A stretch of DNA of 64,000 nucleotides from Octopus vulgaris (taxonomy: Eukaryota). Each line of letters begins with the position of its first letter. Positions within the stretch are counted from its first letter, which is position 1. Below the pieces are notes generated by a model. It was not told the DNA's origin. It did no database searches and saw only the letters and a program-made list of their open reading frames with translations. Location: the NCBI GenBank assembly GCA_951406725.2, contig OX597820.1, positions 112,964,001 through 113,028,000 on the forward strand, written 5' to 3'. Position numbers and translations under genes: made by a program. Positions 13,286 through 26,488 of the stretch are shown in pieces.

Positions 13286-13551
13286 TGTCACCGTCACTGT
13301 CACCGACCAGGCTATCAGATGTTGCCACACATCGCTGGTCACAATGCGCTTCGCATTGTTTTAGCCTTCAAATGACGCCACCCCGCTGGCTAAGCGCGCA
13401 GGCCAACAGAAGAAAGAGCGAGAGAAAGTTGTGGCAAAAAAGCTTTAGGTGTTTTCGCTCAATAAACACTCACAACGCCCGGTCTGGGAATCGAAACCGC
13501 GATCCTACGATCGCGAGTCTGCTGCCCTAACCACTGGGCCATTGCACCTTC
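13286..13551 (-). mobile_element. tRNA-derived SINE (family D, tail variant 1)
   Basis: A box TGGCCCAGTGG and B box GGTTTCGATTCC. 9-bp TSD ACCTGAGAA at 13277-13285 and 13552-13560. (GTGACA)-like tail. Confidence 0.85.
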
Positions 13552-13907
13552 ACCTGAGAAGGTAAAAATATAAAACAAATCGACTGACGATCACTCAGTC
13601 GGAACCAATTGTGGCCGTAAGTAGACGACGACCTGTATACACACACACACACACACATAGGCGTACTTATATGTATGTGTATATATATATGCGTACATAT
13701 ATGTATGTGTGTGTGTGTGTGTGTGTTAATGTGTATGTGTATTAATAAATAAATGGCAAAAGGAAAGGAGTTCCGCAATCAGTTTCATTACCTTATAAAT
13801 AATTCTGCAAGATGTAACTCACTGCGCACCTGGTGCTGGGTGTTCGTGCAACATCTCCTAGCTTCCGCAGAGCCATTTGTGTATGCACTCGCATACACAC
13901 ACACACA

Positions 13908-13978
<71 letters not shown>

Positions 13979-14341
13979 GCCGTCTATGTATGTATACATA
14001 CGTACATGTATGGAACAGGTAGTACGTCGGTGCAGTTATACGTGATTAACAGTGTACTACAAGAAAAGAAAGCAACAATAAGAGTTTTAAATTTTTATGA
14101 AGGTGGTGTTTAATGAGGATTTATCTACTTCTTAGAATATGGCTCTACTCTAAGAGAATGCAAGTCATCTTGCCAGAATAACAGAGAAGCGATAAGTGCT
14201 CATCACTGATATCCAATGTAATCAGAAAATTAATCACTTTACAGCCTGCAGTGAATATCGCTAAAAACTAATGTTTTAAGTGAACTTGCCATTGCCGAGA
14301 AATGTATACCGCGTCAACAAAACAACAGTTACATATCAGAA

Positions 14342-14713
14342 TCTTTATATATATAAACGGCAAAATGTCTGTCTGTGTGCGCGCATGTCCTTTATATAAA
14401 TGCACAATTTTTCAGTTAGAGGGCTCGCATTTTCTATGGTCATTCAAAACCATCCAATGGTGGTCGTGCACATCTTTACATTTCCCCAGTCGCCCCGCAA
14501 AGTCATTAAAAAATCAATAGAAGTGACTTTTGTGTGAATTTTCTATCCAAAACCCAATCAAAATGCCTGAAACTTGATACGCCAATTGAATGCCAGCTAG
14601 CTGTATGTGATTGGTCGGAGATTTAGACAGTACTCGTGTGTATGTGCGCACGCACGCAGCTGTGTATGCATGCACTAGCACTATGACCCGGCGTTGCTGG
14701 GTCATAGTGCTAG
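14342..14713 (+). mobile_element. Short non-autonomous Helitron-like element
   Basis: Starts A|TCTTTATATATAT and ends CTAG|T. Terminal 20-bp-stem hairpin at 14673-14715. Confidence 0.65.
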
Positions 14714-15502
14714 TGTATAAATATTTTCGCGAGACAGTAACACTAATTGCGGTGTTTCAGTACAGATTAATATACAATGGAACGCATGTACTCAGGTCAG
14801 AGGCAGACAAATGCACGCAGCGCGCACGCACACACAGACATACACACACATATAAGCACACAGACATTCACACACACTCGGGCGCAAACACTAAGTCACA
14901 CATACATACTCTCACACACTCACATATGCACGCACTGCACAAACATACACACACTCACACACGCACACCGTTCCCTCACACACACACAGACACGCGCACA
15001 TGCTCGCACACACACACGTAATCTCACGCGCACACAATCACACACACGCACACATACACACACACAAATTCTCTCTCACACACGTACAAACGGACATCAG
15101 CATACACACATATACAGACACACAGACACACGTGCATACATAAACTCCTTCACACACATACAAACGGACACACACATACACACACGCAAGCACACGCACA
15201 CACGCACACACACACACACACACACACATACACACACACACGCGCGCGCGCGCGCGCGTTTCAAAGTTACGAAGAGTGTAAAGCACAATTCATTACCCTT
15301 AACCGCAAAAGAGAATTAGACGCATGGAAATACATATTCAGTATCTGTACGGCAGTAAGGATAATTACCTCCACGTTCCTTGGCCGTCAATTTATCAATT
15401 AACCAGTTTATCGATGAGAACAAAAACAGATCCTAAGCCTGATGAGGAATTATGAACTTAAAAGTGCTTAAAGTTGACAGTTCGTGGTTAAGCAATAAAT
15501 CT

Positions 15503-15872
15503 GTGGCTGTGTGGTAAGTAGCTTGCTTACGAACCACATGGTTCCAGGTTCAGTCCCACTGTCTGGCACCTTGGGCGTCTTCTACTATAGCCTCGGGCCA
15601 ACCAAAGCCTTGTGAGTGGATTTGGTAGATGGAAACTGAAAGAAGCACATCGTATATATGTATATAGATATATACATGTATGTGTGTGTGAATATGTTCG
15701 TGCGTCTGTATTTGTCCCCCCAACATCGCTTGACAACCGATGCTGGTGTGTTTACGTCCCTGTAACTTAGCGGTTCGGCAAAATAGATTGATAGAGTAAG
15801 TACTAGGCTTACGAAGAATAAGTCCTGGGGTCGATTTGCTTAACTAAAGGCGGTGCTCCAGCATGGCCACAG
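15503..15872 (+). mobile_element. tRNA-derived SINE family A (most abundant here)
   Basis: Head TGGCTGTGTGGTAAG...GGTTCAGTCCC, internal (TA/TG)n, tail ...GGCGGTGCTCCAGCATGGCC. Other whole or partial copies: ~7925-8045(-), 16566-16697, 18431-18572(-), 20594-20790(-), 28090-28285, 29990-30148, 35060-35270, 37870-37980. Confidence 0.85.
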
Positions 15873-16460
15873 ACGGTCATTCGGAATGCTCACAGCAGCC
15901 ATATTCCTACCGCTCTATGTCACGTTGGTGAGACCCATATTGGAGTACGGGATTCAAGCCTCTTCTCCTTATCTCCTCAAAGACATACATCATCTCGAAA
16001 GAGTCCAGAAGCTGGCTACCCGCATGGTTCTTGGTCTCAAGCATTTGTCTTATGAAGAAAGGCTGAAGACGCTTGACCTTTATTCTCTAGAAAAACGACG
16101 ACGCCGTGGTGATCTCATTCTCACCCACAACATCATAAGCGGAAAGTGTAACCTCTCGAAAGAGCTGTTCTTCACTCCTGCTCCAGAGCGTCGGCTGCGG
16201 GGTCACTCCGAAAAGCTCTATCTGCGACGATTTCATCTCAATCGAAAGAGAGGGGCTTTCTCCGTCCGGGTTGCGGATCCGTGGAATAAGCTGCCGGACG
16301 AGATAGTGAAGATGCCGACAACCGCTCGGTTCAAGGTCTCCCTTGACCTCAAGTGGCCTGAACTCTTTACATGAACACCACCCTGTACATAACTCCATGT
16401 TCCCTACATGGCCTTGATTTTTGCTTTTTGAGCCAAAAAATTAACGAACTAACTAACTAA
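15873..16460 (+). mobile_element. 5'-truncated CR1-clade LINE (ORF2 C-terminus + 3' UTR)
   Basis: Uninterrupted frame LYVTLVRPILEYG...LERVQKLATRMV...LSYEERL..LDL.SLEKRRRRGDLI...RGHSEKL...FSVRV..PWNKLP, stop at 16374, then an (AACT)n tail. Confidence 0.92.
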
Positions 16461-17049
16461 AAGAGTAAGCCTGGAAAACACCGCCTTAGAAGGTTTAATC
16501 AAACAAATCTACGTCAGAGCTTAAGCCGGGTGTTTATTCCATCAGTCTCTAAGTATAAATATATCGTGGCTGGCTGCATGGTAAGAAGCTTGCTTCCCAA
16601 TCACCTGGTTCTGGGTTTAGTCCCACTGCGTATTATTTTGGGCATGTATTTTCCACTATAGCCTCGGGCCAACCAAAGCCTTGTGAGTGGATTTATGTAT
16701 GTATGTATATATGAACTATGTCAGGTCAGTTGCAAGAAGTAGCGCATGGGTGTTTCAGTCGGTGAGAGTACAATAATAAGAATAATCACAGATGTAATTT
16801 GTAAAAATACTGATAATCTTGAACGTACAAACGAAAAAATATTTAGTCTTGACGCTAATAAAATTCTGCTGAAACCTTCTAATAAGGTATTTTAAAAAGA
16901 AATGAGGGCTGAAGATGTTGAAGGTGCGAGTGTTAAAGGAATAGGGAACTGGATAAAAAGGAAAAGAAAAAAACGTACATACAGGAGACGTGATGGCATC
17001 ATGGTTTGCGGAAGTATTACAAAATGGGGATTCCATAAATATGAATTTC

Positions 17050-17370
17050 AAATTTGGTACAAGGCAGCAATTTCAGAGGAAGGAGTAAGCCGATTACACC
17101 GGCCCCAGTACTCAACTGGTACTTATTTTAATCAATCCCGAAAGGCTAAGTCAACGTCGGTGGAATTTTAATTCAGAACGTAAAGATGAACGAAACACCG
17201 CTAAGAATCTTGCCTGGCGTGCTAACAATTTTCCCAGATCGCCGCCTTAGGGATATTTCAAATTTACTTTCAAATTTTGCCACAAGGCCAGCAAATTCGG
17301 GGCAGGGAGTAAGTTGATTATATCGATCCCAGTGCTCAACAAGTATTCATTTTAATCGACCCCACTCCAA
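17050..17370 (-). mobile_element. SINE family B, two tandem decayed copies
   Basis: Homologous to 46825-47058. Confidence 0.7.
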
Positions 17371-17588
17371 AGGATAAAATACTAAGGTGTTTCTCAAGTA
17401 CACATCGGGAATCGAACTCATAACCTTACGATCGTAGGCTTAAAAATAAAGTACTGGGGCCGATTCATTTGATTAAAAATTCTTCAAGGCGGTGCCCCTG
17501 CATGGCTGCAGTCTAATTACTGAAACAGGAAAAACATATGCATACACACGCACACACACATGTATATATATATATATATATATAAATA

Positions 17589-17671
<83 letters not shown>

Positions 17672-17719
17672 AATAAGAAAATGGAGGGGATCAATAGGTG
17701 GTTCATCAACTTTTAGACA

Positions 17720-18335
17720 TTATATTATGTCAACTTATTTATTTACTAAAATGACAATTACAAGAATATACATACATGTATAACATATTATGCTTTACAT
17801 ATGAAATATATAAATATATAAAGATACCAGTAATTATTAAAATACATCATACAGGAATATAAATTGGGAAAGGGTGTAAGGGATGGGATGGGAAGGATAG
17901 AGAAGATGGAGTAGGAATGTGTAGGGGTGGGGGTGGCCTTATAGGGGAGGGCTGACGATGAAGGTGGGTATGTGAGAAGAGAGAAAGAGAATATGAGAGA
18001 AGAGAGAAGAGAGAAAGAGAGTAGGAGGGAAGAGAGAAAGAGAGTAAGGGTGAAGTGAAGTAGGAGTCGGAGCAAGAGAGGAGAGGTGGGTGGGAGGAAG
18101 TAGGAGGGAGGGGGAGAGAGACGAGGGGAGGAGAGTTGAGCCCAAATGGTATAAAGGAGCGAAGAGAGAAGATTAATCCCTGTTCACGGCGCAAATGGGA
18201 GTCAGGATGGCCTCTGTGCAAGAACAATCCGAACACGAACAGGTGTTGCAAAGAGTGACCGGTAGAGCGGAAATTGCGTGAGAGTAGGGTGTCATTGCCG
18301 AGGCGGATGTTTCGGAGGTGTTCTGCGAACCGGTA
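17720..18335 (-). mobile_element. PLE 3' fragment (GIY-YIG C-terminus of Neptune/Poseidon type) plus 3' UTR
   Basis: RFAEHLRNIR...FRSTGHSLQHLFVFGL...RREQGLIFSLRSFIPFGLN, followed by a pyrimidine-rich UTR. Flanked by microsatellite. Confidence 0.75.
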
Positions 18336-18381
18336 TATATATGTGTGTGCGCGCGCGCGCGTGTGTGTGTGTGTGTGTATG

Positions 18382-18412
<31 letters not shown>

Positions 18413-18873
18413 ATATCTATATATATATACACATATATACGACGGGCTTCTTTCTGTTTCCGTCTACCAAATCCACTCACAAGGCTTTGGACGGCCCGAG
18501 GCTACAGTAGAAGACAGTTGCCCAAGGTGCCACGCAGTGGGACTGAACCCGGAACCATGTGGTTGGTAAGCTTCAATTTCAGACAGTCTAATCGTTGTGT
18601 TGCTTAGAATTTGAGAGGTGCAATTTTGGGTTTGCAATTTTGATACTAAACCCACTTCATATCCTAAATATTTCCCCAAGTTACTCTAAAGACGTGATCT
18701 TCAGCAATTAGATCCAACGTAACAAGAACCTAAGCTATGATTTTAGGTTGGCAATTTTAACGGAAGATCAAGTTATGGCAGAAAGCTCTGCTCTGCTTAT
18801 ATAGTCTTGTGCAGTTGGTGATTCTGGATTTTGGGAATAATTAGTGCATTGTTTACATCTTAGATATTCCTTA

Positions 18874-19195
18874 GTGAGGGCGCGTGGCTTAGTGGTTAGG
18901 CTCATGGTCGTAAGGTTGTGAGTTCGATTCCCGGCGACGCGTTGTGTCCTTGAGCAAGACACTTTATTTCACGTTGCTCCAGTCCACTCAGCTGGCAAAA
19001 ATGAGTTGTACTTGTATTTCAAAGGGTCAGCCTTGTCACTCTCTGTGTCACGCTGATTATCCCCGAGAACTACGTTAAGGGTACACGTGTCTGTGGAATG
19101 CTCAGCCATTTGCACGTTAATTTCACGAGCAAGCTGTTCCATTGATCGTATCAGCTGGGACCCTCGTCGTCGTAACCGGCGGAGTCTTTTTTTTT
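18874..19195 (+). mobile_element. tRNA-derived SINE family C, full length with TSD
   Basis: A box TGGCTTAGTGG, B box GAGTTCGATTCC, central TTGTGTCCTTGAGCAAGACAC, poly-T end. 14-bp TSD TTAGATATTCCTTA at 18860-18873 and 19196-19209. Second copy at ~38355-38665(-). Confidence 0.9.
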
Positions 19196-19530
19196 TTAGA
19201 TATTCCTTAACAAATTTAAATTTCTTATGATTTTTGAAAAGCAGTTGTCTTTCATTGACATTCATATCGGTTTATATGAGTAGTCTACGCGCGGGCGCAC
19301 ATGCACACACATACACACACACACACACACATACACACACAAACATACGATCGCATAATGTTTAAATACAGTTTTGTTAAATCTTTTAATATTTAATCGA
19401 TGTACACTACATTTTAAACATTGAAAACTATATATTTATAAAGACTAATTCGAGATCATATAATATATATATATATATATATATTTGTGTGTGTGTGGGG
19501 TGTGTAAGTACATACATATGTATGCATGAA

Positions 19531-19592
<62 letters not shown>

Positions 19593-19718
19593 GTGTGTGT
19601 GTGTGTACATAATATGGCATGAATGGGGTGTAAGTACATACATATGTATGCATGAATGTGTGTGTGTATATATATATATATATATACACACACACATCCA
19701 TGCATATGTATGCATGAA

Positions 19719-19762
<44 letters not shown>

Positions 19763-20542
19763 TTCATGCATACATATGTATGTACTTACACACCCCACAC
19801 ACTCTCACACACACATGATTATGCGTCTGTATCCGTACACATTTATACGTAGAGAAAGCGAAAGCCTCATGAATAAATTATAATTAATACCTATGCATTT
19901 GTACATATATGCGTGTGTCTATCTGTGTGTTTGTGTGTCTGTCAATGTGTGTGCAGGTGTAGTCTATGGCTTCAAGCACATCATTAGTCATTTTGTTAAT
20001 CCACCATTAATCAGAAAGTTGTTGTAGTGATGATTACATTTATTTATATTTTTACCATGACCATTATCATCTTCATCGTTATCATAATGTCGGTTATATT
20101 TTATTTTTATTTTTCTTCGCTCCCTCAGTGTGTAATGGCATGACGTCAAGCTTCTCGATCTGAAGAGCATGCGATGTGTGGAAGTGTAAAGGCAATGATG
20201 TCACACCAGTTGTAATGCATACGAACTTGAGTACGGCTGTGTGAGAATGCGCTAAAAACGAATAGGTGATGAGAAGAATAGTAATGACTTAATTGTGAGA
20301 TATTCTCACAGTCGACAGGGAAAAGCGTATTGGGGACACATAGTCTACAACACCTAGAAGAGAATGTACAGGAATGGGTTACAAGGCGGGCGCAAGGTAA
20401 TAGTCTGTTAGGAAACCTACCTGACATAATGGATCGTATAAATCATTGGAATCTCTGAAGAAATATTTTATCTAATGCTGCAGCTAAGCTTAGTAAACTA
20501 AAGCATATATATATGTCTGTAGGTCTATTTGAAATTCTGTGC

Positions 20543-20594
<52 letters not shown>

Positions 20595-20853
20595 TTTATT
20601 TGCTTCAGTCATTTGACTGCAGCCATGCTGGAGCACCGCCTTTAGTCGAACAAATCGGTCACAGAACTTATTCTTTGTAAGCCTAGTACTTATTCTATCG
20701 GTCTCCTTTGCTGAACCGCTAGTTTACGGGGACGTAATCAGATCAGCATCGGCTGTCAAACGAAACGGGGGGATAAACACAGACACACAAACATACATAC
20801 ACACACAAACGTACACATACATACATACATACATACATACATACATACATACA

Positions 20854-20889
<36 letters not shown>

Positions 20890-20893
20890 TATT

Positions 20894-20941
<48 letters not shown>

Positions 20942-22929
20942 TATATATATATATATATAAAATAAAGGCGGTGCTCCAGCATGACCACAGTCAAACGACT
21001 GAAACAAGTAAAATAGTAAAATAGTAAAAGAGCAAACAGTTTAATTACTAACACGTATTTCCAGTATACCTATACAAATATCAACACAAGCATAAAGAAC
21101 TTTATACACACCTACGATAAGTCTGTAATTGTTTTCAATTCCAAGCATGCGTATTTATTTACACTTTGCTTTTCATTGTTTTGAATCTGCTTTTTTTATA
21201 TTACAACACAATCGATCGCTACATATTTTTCATTCCAATATTTTTCTTCTCAAAGTAACAACTTTCAAATAATCTATTTAGGTTTTTTATGGAAATACAA
21301 AACCGTCTTTTTCTTTTTCCTATGTATGTATGTATGTATGTATGTATGTATGTATGTACGTATGTATTATGAATGTTAGTATTTATGTGTGTGCGTGCGT
21401 GTGTGTGTGTGTGCGTGTGTGCGTGCATGTGTGTGTGTGCGTGTGTGTGTGTACATAGGTAGTTTTTTGATAATTAATTTAAATATTTCTTTTCAGCGAT
21501 GAGCAAACTGAAACTGAATTGTAAATAGTAATAGTCGCCTTTTAATAGCGCTCATTTGCGTAGATGTACAGAACCAAAGTAAAAGCCAACTGTAAAAAGA
21601 GAACGATAGAATCCAGTGGGAATACAACTCACAGCACATTTGCTGGAACATCGTTGTTAATAATCGCTATAGCATGAGGCATCTGATGACTCTCAGCTTT
21701 CACTCGGGTTAACAGATTTAATTATCTATACAATAATTCGGCAAGTATTTTGAATCATGGACACGTGTGACAGTATTAAAACAAGATAGATTTGGGTACT
21801 TTGAAAATGAGCTCCACGAATTAGATGATGGTAACGATTTTAAGGGTCAGGATAACTGGAAAATGTTTAGGATATAAAGGAGGCTTAGAAGCCAAAGTGC
21901 AAACTCACCACAATAGCCCACAGATTCCATCAATAAGACGAGGCAAAATTAATTATAGAGGCGTAGTCATAAGATAGAACAAATAAACTCATTTCTCACC
22001 CTAAAAGAACCCATGTTTCACCAAGTTAGCTTCAGAACTCGTCCATAGACACCACTTTCTATTCCCCGACTACATCCATAGCAATCCCTTAACTCTTTAA
22101 TGACCACCCACTAACTTCCATCGCAACACACTCGCACACGCACAGGACATAGATACACGCGCAGGACACTCGCATACAAGGGAGTAAATTACAACCCGTT
22201 AGTTAAACTAATTCTACCAATATTGTCTTTATCAGCACAAACACATCTTTAGATCGAAAGATAGTATCGACTTTTAGTATACCTGGAAAATGAATGATAG
22301 CGGAATTGACAATATGTCTACGTGCTGGAACAGTGTAGAAACTCCATATATAAATGGATCACAAAGGTACAATTTTTATATGACCGCAAGTATGATATCT
22401 TGATGCAATATTTCAATGAGTTAGGCTCAAAAAACTTAAACTCTGTCTATGTGTGTGTATATGAATAATCGCAACTACAATCCGGTTAACAATTTCTATC
22501 TCTAAACACATAGACATTGGTCATAAGCACTCTGCAATGTCATATATCAGTAGACACCCTCAGCACCGCATTATATTCTTGACAATCACTATCTCTCACA
22601 GCAAGGAAACCGACCAATTCTATAAAGATTCCTCACAGCTTGCCATCCTCATCTTACTAAACGCTTCAAACGTTATCTTCTGACTAAAGCCAACAAAAGG
22701 AAAAAGAAAACTAATATTTCAGTCAGCTTTATACTTTGCTCTGAATCCTCCACCAAAATTCTTCCATTTTGTTATCCGAAACCACGAGCAGGGGTGAAGT
22801 AAAGCTATCAAGTTCGAACAAATAAATAGACTCTACAAATGTATTGAGGACGTTTTCTTACATGTGGTTTTGGATTCTGAACCTAATTGTTTTTCTGCAA
22901 TTCTTCAGAAAAATCCATGATACCAGATT

Positions 22930-23535
22930 CAAAACTTGGCACAGGGCCAGCAAGTTCGGGGAAGAGAATAAATCAATTAACATCGACCCTACTACTCGAC
23001 TGGTACTTATTTTATCGACCCCCGGAAGGATGAAAGGCAAAGTCGACCTCGGCAGAATTTGAACTCAGAACGTAAAGGCGAACAAAATGAGTATTTTGCC
23101 CGGCGTGCTAATTACTTTGCCAGTTCGCTGCCTTAAAGACATGTATAATATTGTCTATTAACTGTTTGTTCGATTTTCGAACAACAGTGAGTCTTAATTC
23201 ATTTCGTTCCCTTCACTTTCTTCGTTATTTACCTGAGAAGGGATTTCATTGTCATTTAGAAGAAATTATTCCTCTTCAGTTATTTTCGTTGTCTTATTTA
23301 CTAAAGCTACCCCCACCCCCCGCTTTCCCATTTTACTGGCCGTTTAGGAATTTTTACCAGTAATTAACCTCAGTATTTGATGGGTACTTTATTTTATCGA
23401 ACCCCTGAAAGGTGAAAGGCAAAGCAGACGTTGGTGGGTCACATTTGAAATTTGAACTCACAACATAGAAGCCAGAACAAATACCTCGACGTATTTCTCT
23501 CGATGCAGCAATGGTTTTGCCACCCACTGCCCTTA
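22930..23535 (-). mobile_element. Two SINE family B copies (22930-23135, 23360-23535)
   Basis: Shared motif GGATGAAAGGCAAAGTCGACCTCGGC.GAATTTGAACTC. Confidence 0.75.
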
Positions 23536-24154
23536 CGATAATAATTTCTTACACGCACGACCAAGGAAATGTGTGGTTTGCCTGCTTAAATATAATTTCA
23601 TTTTAACTCTTCCAGTAGTAAGGCAAGCATTAAAGAAGGGGTGGAGTAGGCTTGACTAAAAACCACAGCCAGTTCGAACCACCGAGATGTCTTAAAGGCC
23701 CCTCACCTCAGTGAATCGAATGCATTGTGAAGCACTCATCGTCTGCAGACGCTATTCTCCCGAAATGAAATCCTATAGCGATTACAATATTCAAATTTTG
23801 ATCTGTCGGAATTTATTAAGAACGCATACGTATGCCATAGCTTTTCATATTCACTGTTCTCCGTGCACGTGATGATCTATTACCGGTTGGTTAATATCAG
23901 CAGATAATTTGTTTGTTGACTTCTATAAAAAAAAGTGCCAAAATTCTTACTTAAATAGATACTTGATTTGGGAATAGTTTTCACTGAAGGGACACAACCA
24001 GGACGAAAACCGCAGTCCTCTTACCTCAATGATTCAAGTGTGTTACGAACACTCATCGTCTGAAAGAAGTTATTCTCTAATAAGGAAGTACAACAGCGAT
24101 TAGCATATTCAGGTTCGAATCTGCCGAAATGTATTAACAATGAATATGTAGATG

Positions 24155-24293
24155 GAGGCGTGGGTGTGTGTAGTTAAAAAATTTGTTTCCTAACCTCGCA
24201 ATTTAGGGTTCAGTTCTACTATGGATGTCTTAGACAAGTGTTTTCTACTATGAATTTCGGCCCACCAAAACCTTGTGAGTGGATTTGGTAACG

Positions 24294-24332
<39 letters not shown>

Positions 24333-24540
24333 TGAAGGCATTACTATACATAAATGCCACATGCTAGGAGGGACTCTTAAAGTCAAAACTACCAAAATAA
24401 ATAAACACATAGTACCGAATGCGTGGGAATATAACTCACGAAGCAAGCCTCTTAAAAACAGAATTCAGCTGCATATCACATGATTTCACGCTAACTACTT
24501 GATAAATTCTTATAAAGATTTTATCCTATTTTTAAATTGT

Positions 24541-24600
<60 letters not shown>

Positions 24601-24850
24601 GTGTTGTGTGTGTGTCTTTGTCACTCCGTCTTCACATCACATGATAGTTGTAAATGAGTGCCACTACCATACAAGAAGTGTCATTAATTTCTACATCTCT
24701 GACCATGGTGAAATATTATTTTTTCCCCCGGAAACAGATGAGGGTCGGCGACAGGAAGGGCATCTGGCCGTAAAAAATCTGCCTTAACGAACTCCATCCG
24801 AATCATGGAAAAGTGGAGGTTAAAATGACGACAACGACGATGATGATGGT
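24155..24850 (+). mobile_element. Interrupted SINE: family-A-like head plus a different 3' module
   Basis: Head at 24155-24290. The 3' module contains GGCGACAGGAAGGGCATCTGGCCGTAAAA and ends in (GAT)n. Confidence 0.55.
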
Positions 24851-25357
24851 GTAAGTCATCGCATGTATTAAAGGTTTTATAACAGGATTTGGGCTTCCAT
24901 ATACAACAAAACTTTTGGCTCTTTCAGAGACAGGAATGTCTCATGAAGCTGTTTGGCAAGGTCGTTAACACTGGTTGCATTACAGATTCCAAATTCTAAG
25001 TGGTTTTTCTGTTTTGTTTGTCTTATAAATGCAGAACAGCAACACAAGTTGCACATTAACAATACACATAACATCTGCATTGGATGCACAATAACAATAT
25101 GCTTAATAAACCACCACCACAACAGTACATACAACAACGGGAGCATGCATAATAACACCTGCATTAGATGCACACTCGCATTATTCATAATAAAAGCCTC
25201 AATAAATGAACAGTAATACTATGCAAAATGGGTGTTAATAGTTGCTGCACAATAATATTCATTATACCTTGTCAGAAAAATACTAAGTGCATATTAGCAT
25301 TATGCATAATAAGAGTAATAGGAACAGAATGACCCGATATGCAATAGCAACATTATT

Positions 25358-25567
25358 AGATGCACAATGATAGTACTGTAATACCAGCACTTCGATTGAC
25401 AATGACACCGCTATAGATGCAATATTACTATTAGGTGCAATATGATAGCACTAGAAGGTGCACAATGACAGTACTGTTCTATGAACAGGGACAGAACTAT
25501 TACAGGTAGAATGATAGCAATATGAGAAGCACAATGACGGTACGATTCTATGCTCAATGACAACACG
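25358..25567. repeat. Degenerate ~23-bp minisatellite
   Basis: Units such as gtgcaatatgatagcactagaag / gtgcacaatgacagtactgttct / atgaacagggacagaactattac / aagcacaatgacggtacgattct. Confidence 0.7.
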
Positions 25568-25838
25568 TAATGCCACGCCTTCTTTCCGGAACAACTTTTG
25601 GAAAAGCAAATCAGATTAATGAATAATGGTTATTCTGCAAAAAAATCCATAAAATTTATTAGCTGAGATACGTTTTAATTACTGTTTGATAATTAAAATT
25701 TAAATACTATTCACTTTAATTACAGGTGAGTATTAAACTACTTCTGGGGTACACTTAGCGTCTGAAAGTGTTTTCGTAAATATATTATATCGTGCACATA
25801 TCTACACACACACACGTACGTGTATGTATGTTGTGTGC

Positions 25839-25876
<38 letters not shown>

Positions 25877-25888
25877 TATATATGTATA

Positions 25889-25938
<50 letters not shown>

Positions 25939-26210
25939 TACATGTTTATGTTTGTTTTACAAAACTCCTGATGTGAAACAGATATTGTTATATTTTTGCC
26001 AATTAACCACACGCATTATATACGCGGTCTTCACTTCATTCGCTGAAGAGGTTACAGGATGTGTGACGAAAGATTTCAGCCAAAGAACACTAGGATAAGA
26101 ATAATAATAAAGCTGAGGCGCAGTCCAATTCAATGTGTGACCGCGTGTGTATCGTTGGCGATTTTCTTTCTCCAACTTCCCTTCGTTGGACTTTTTATTT
26201 TTTTTCTATT

Positions 26211-26243
26211 TTTCTGACGAAGAGCTCCGCTCGAAACGTTAGA
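26211..26243 (+). ncRNA. Minimal type I hammerhead ribozyme motif, core intact
   Basis: TTT-CTGACGA-A-GAGC(TCC)GCTC-GAAAC-GTT-AGA. Same repeat family as 401-435. Stem I is weak. Confidence 0.6.
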
Positions 26244-26399
26244 TCCTCCTTCTTTCTTTCCTTTCCTGAGCGTCCAATAACACTATACTTATTCCACGTC
26301 CTCGCGTTGTTGTGTTTTCTCTTTATTCATGTTTGGAATAACTATATATAACGCGTGTGGTTAGTTGGCAAAAATATGAGACCATCCCCAAATATAACA

Positions 26400-26467
<68 letters not shown>

Positions 26468-26488
26468 AGAGAGAGAGAGAGAGAGAGA

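Noticed and set aside
15438-15470. CTGATGAG as a hammerhead core (also 33955, 56648, 17951)
   Set aside because: I could find no correctly placed GAAA, helix III, NUH and complementary stem I.
24877-25216. Overlapping 103-aa and 87-aa ORFs in non-microsatellite sequence
   Set aside because: No recognisable domain, and they grade into a degenerate 23-bp minisatellite.
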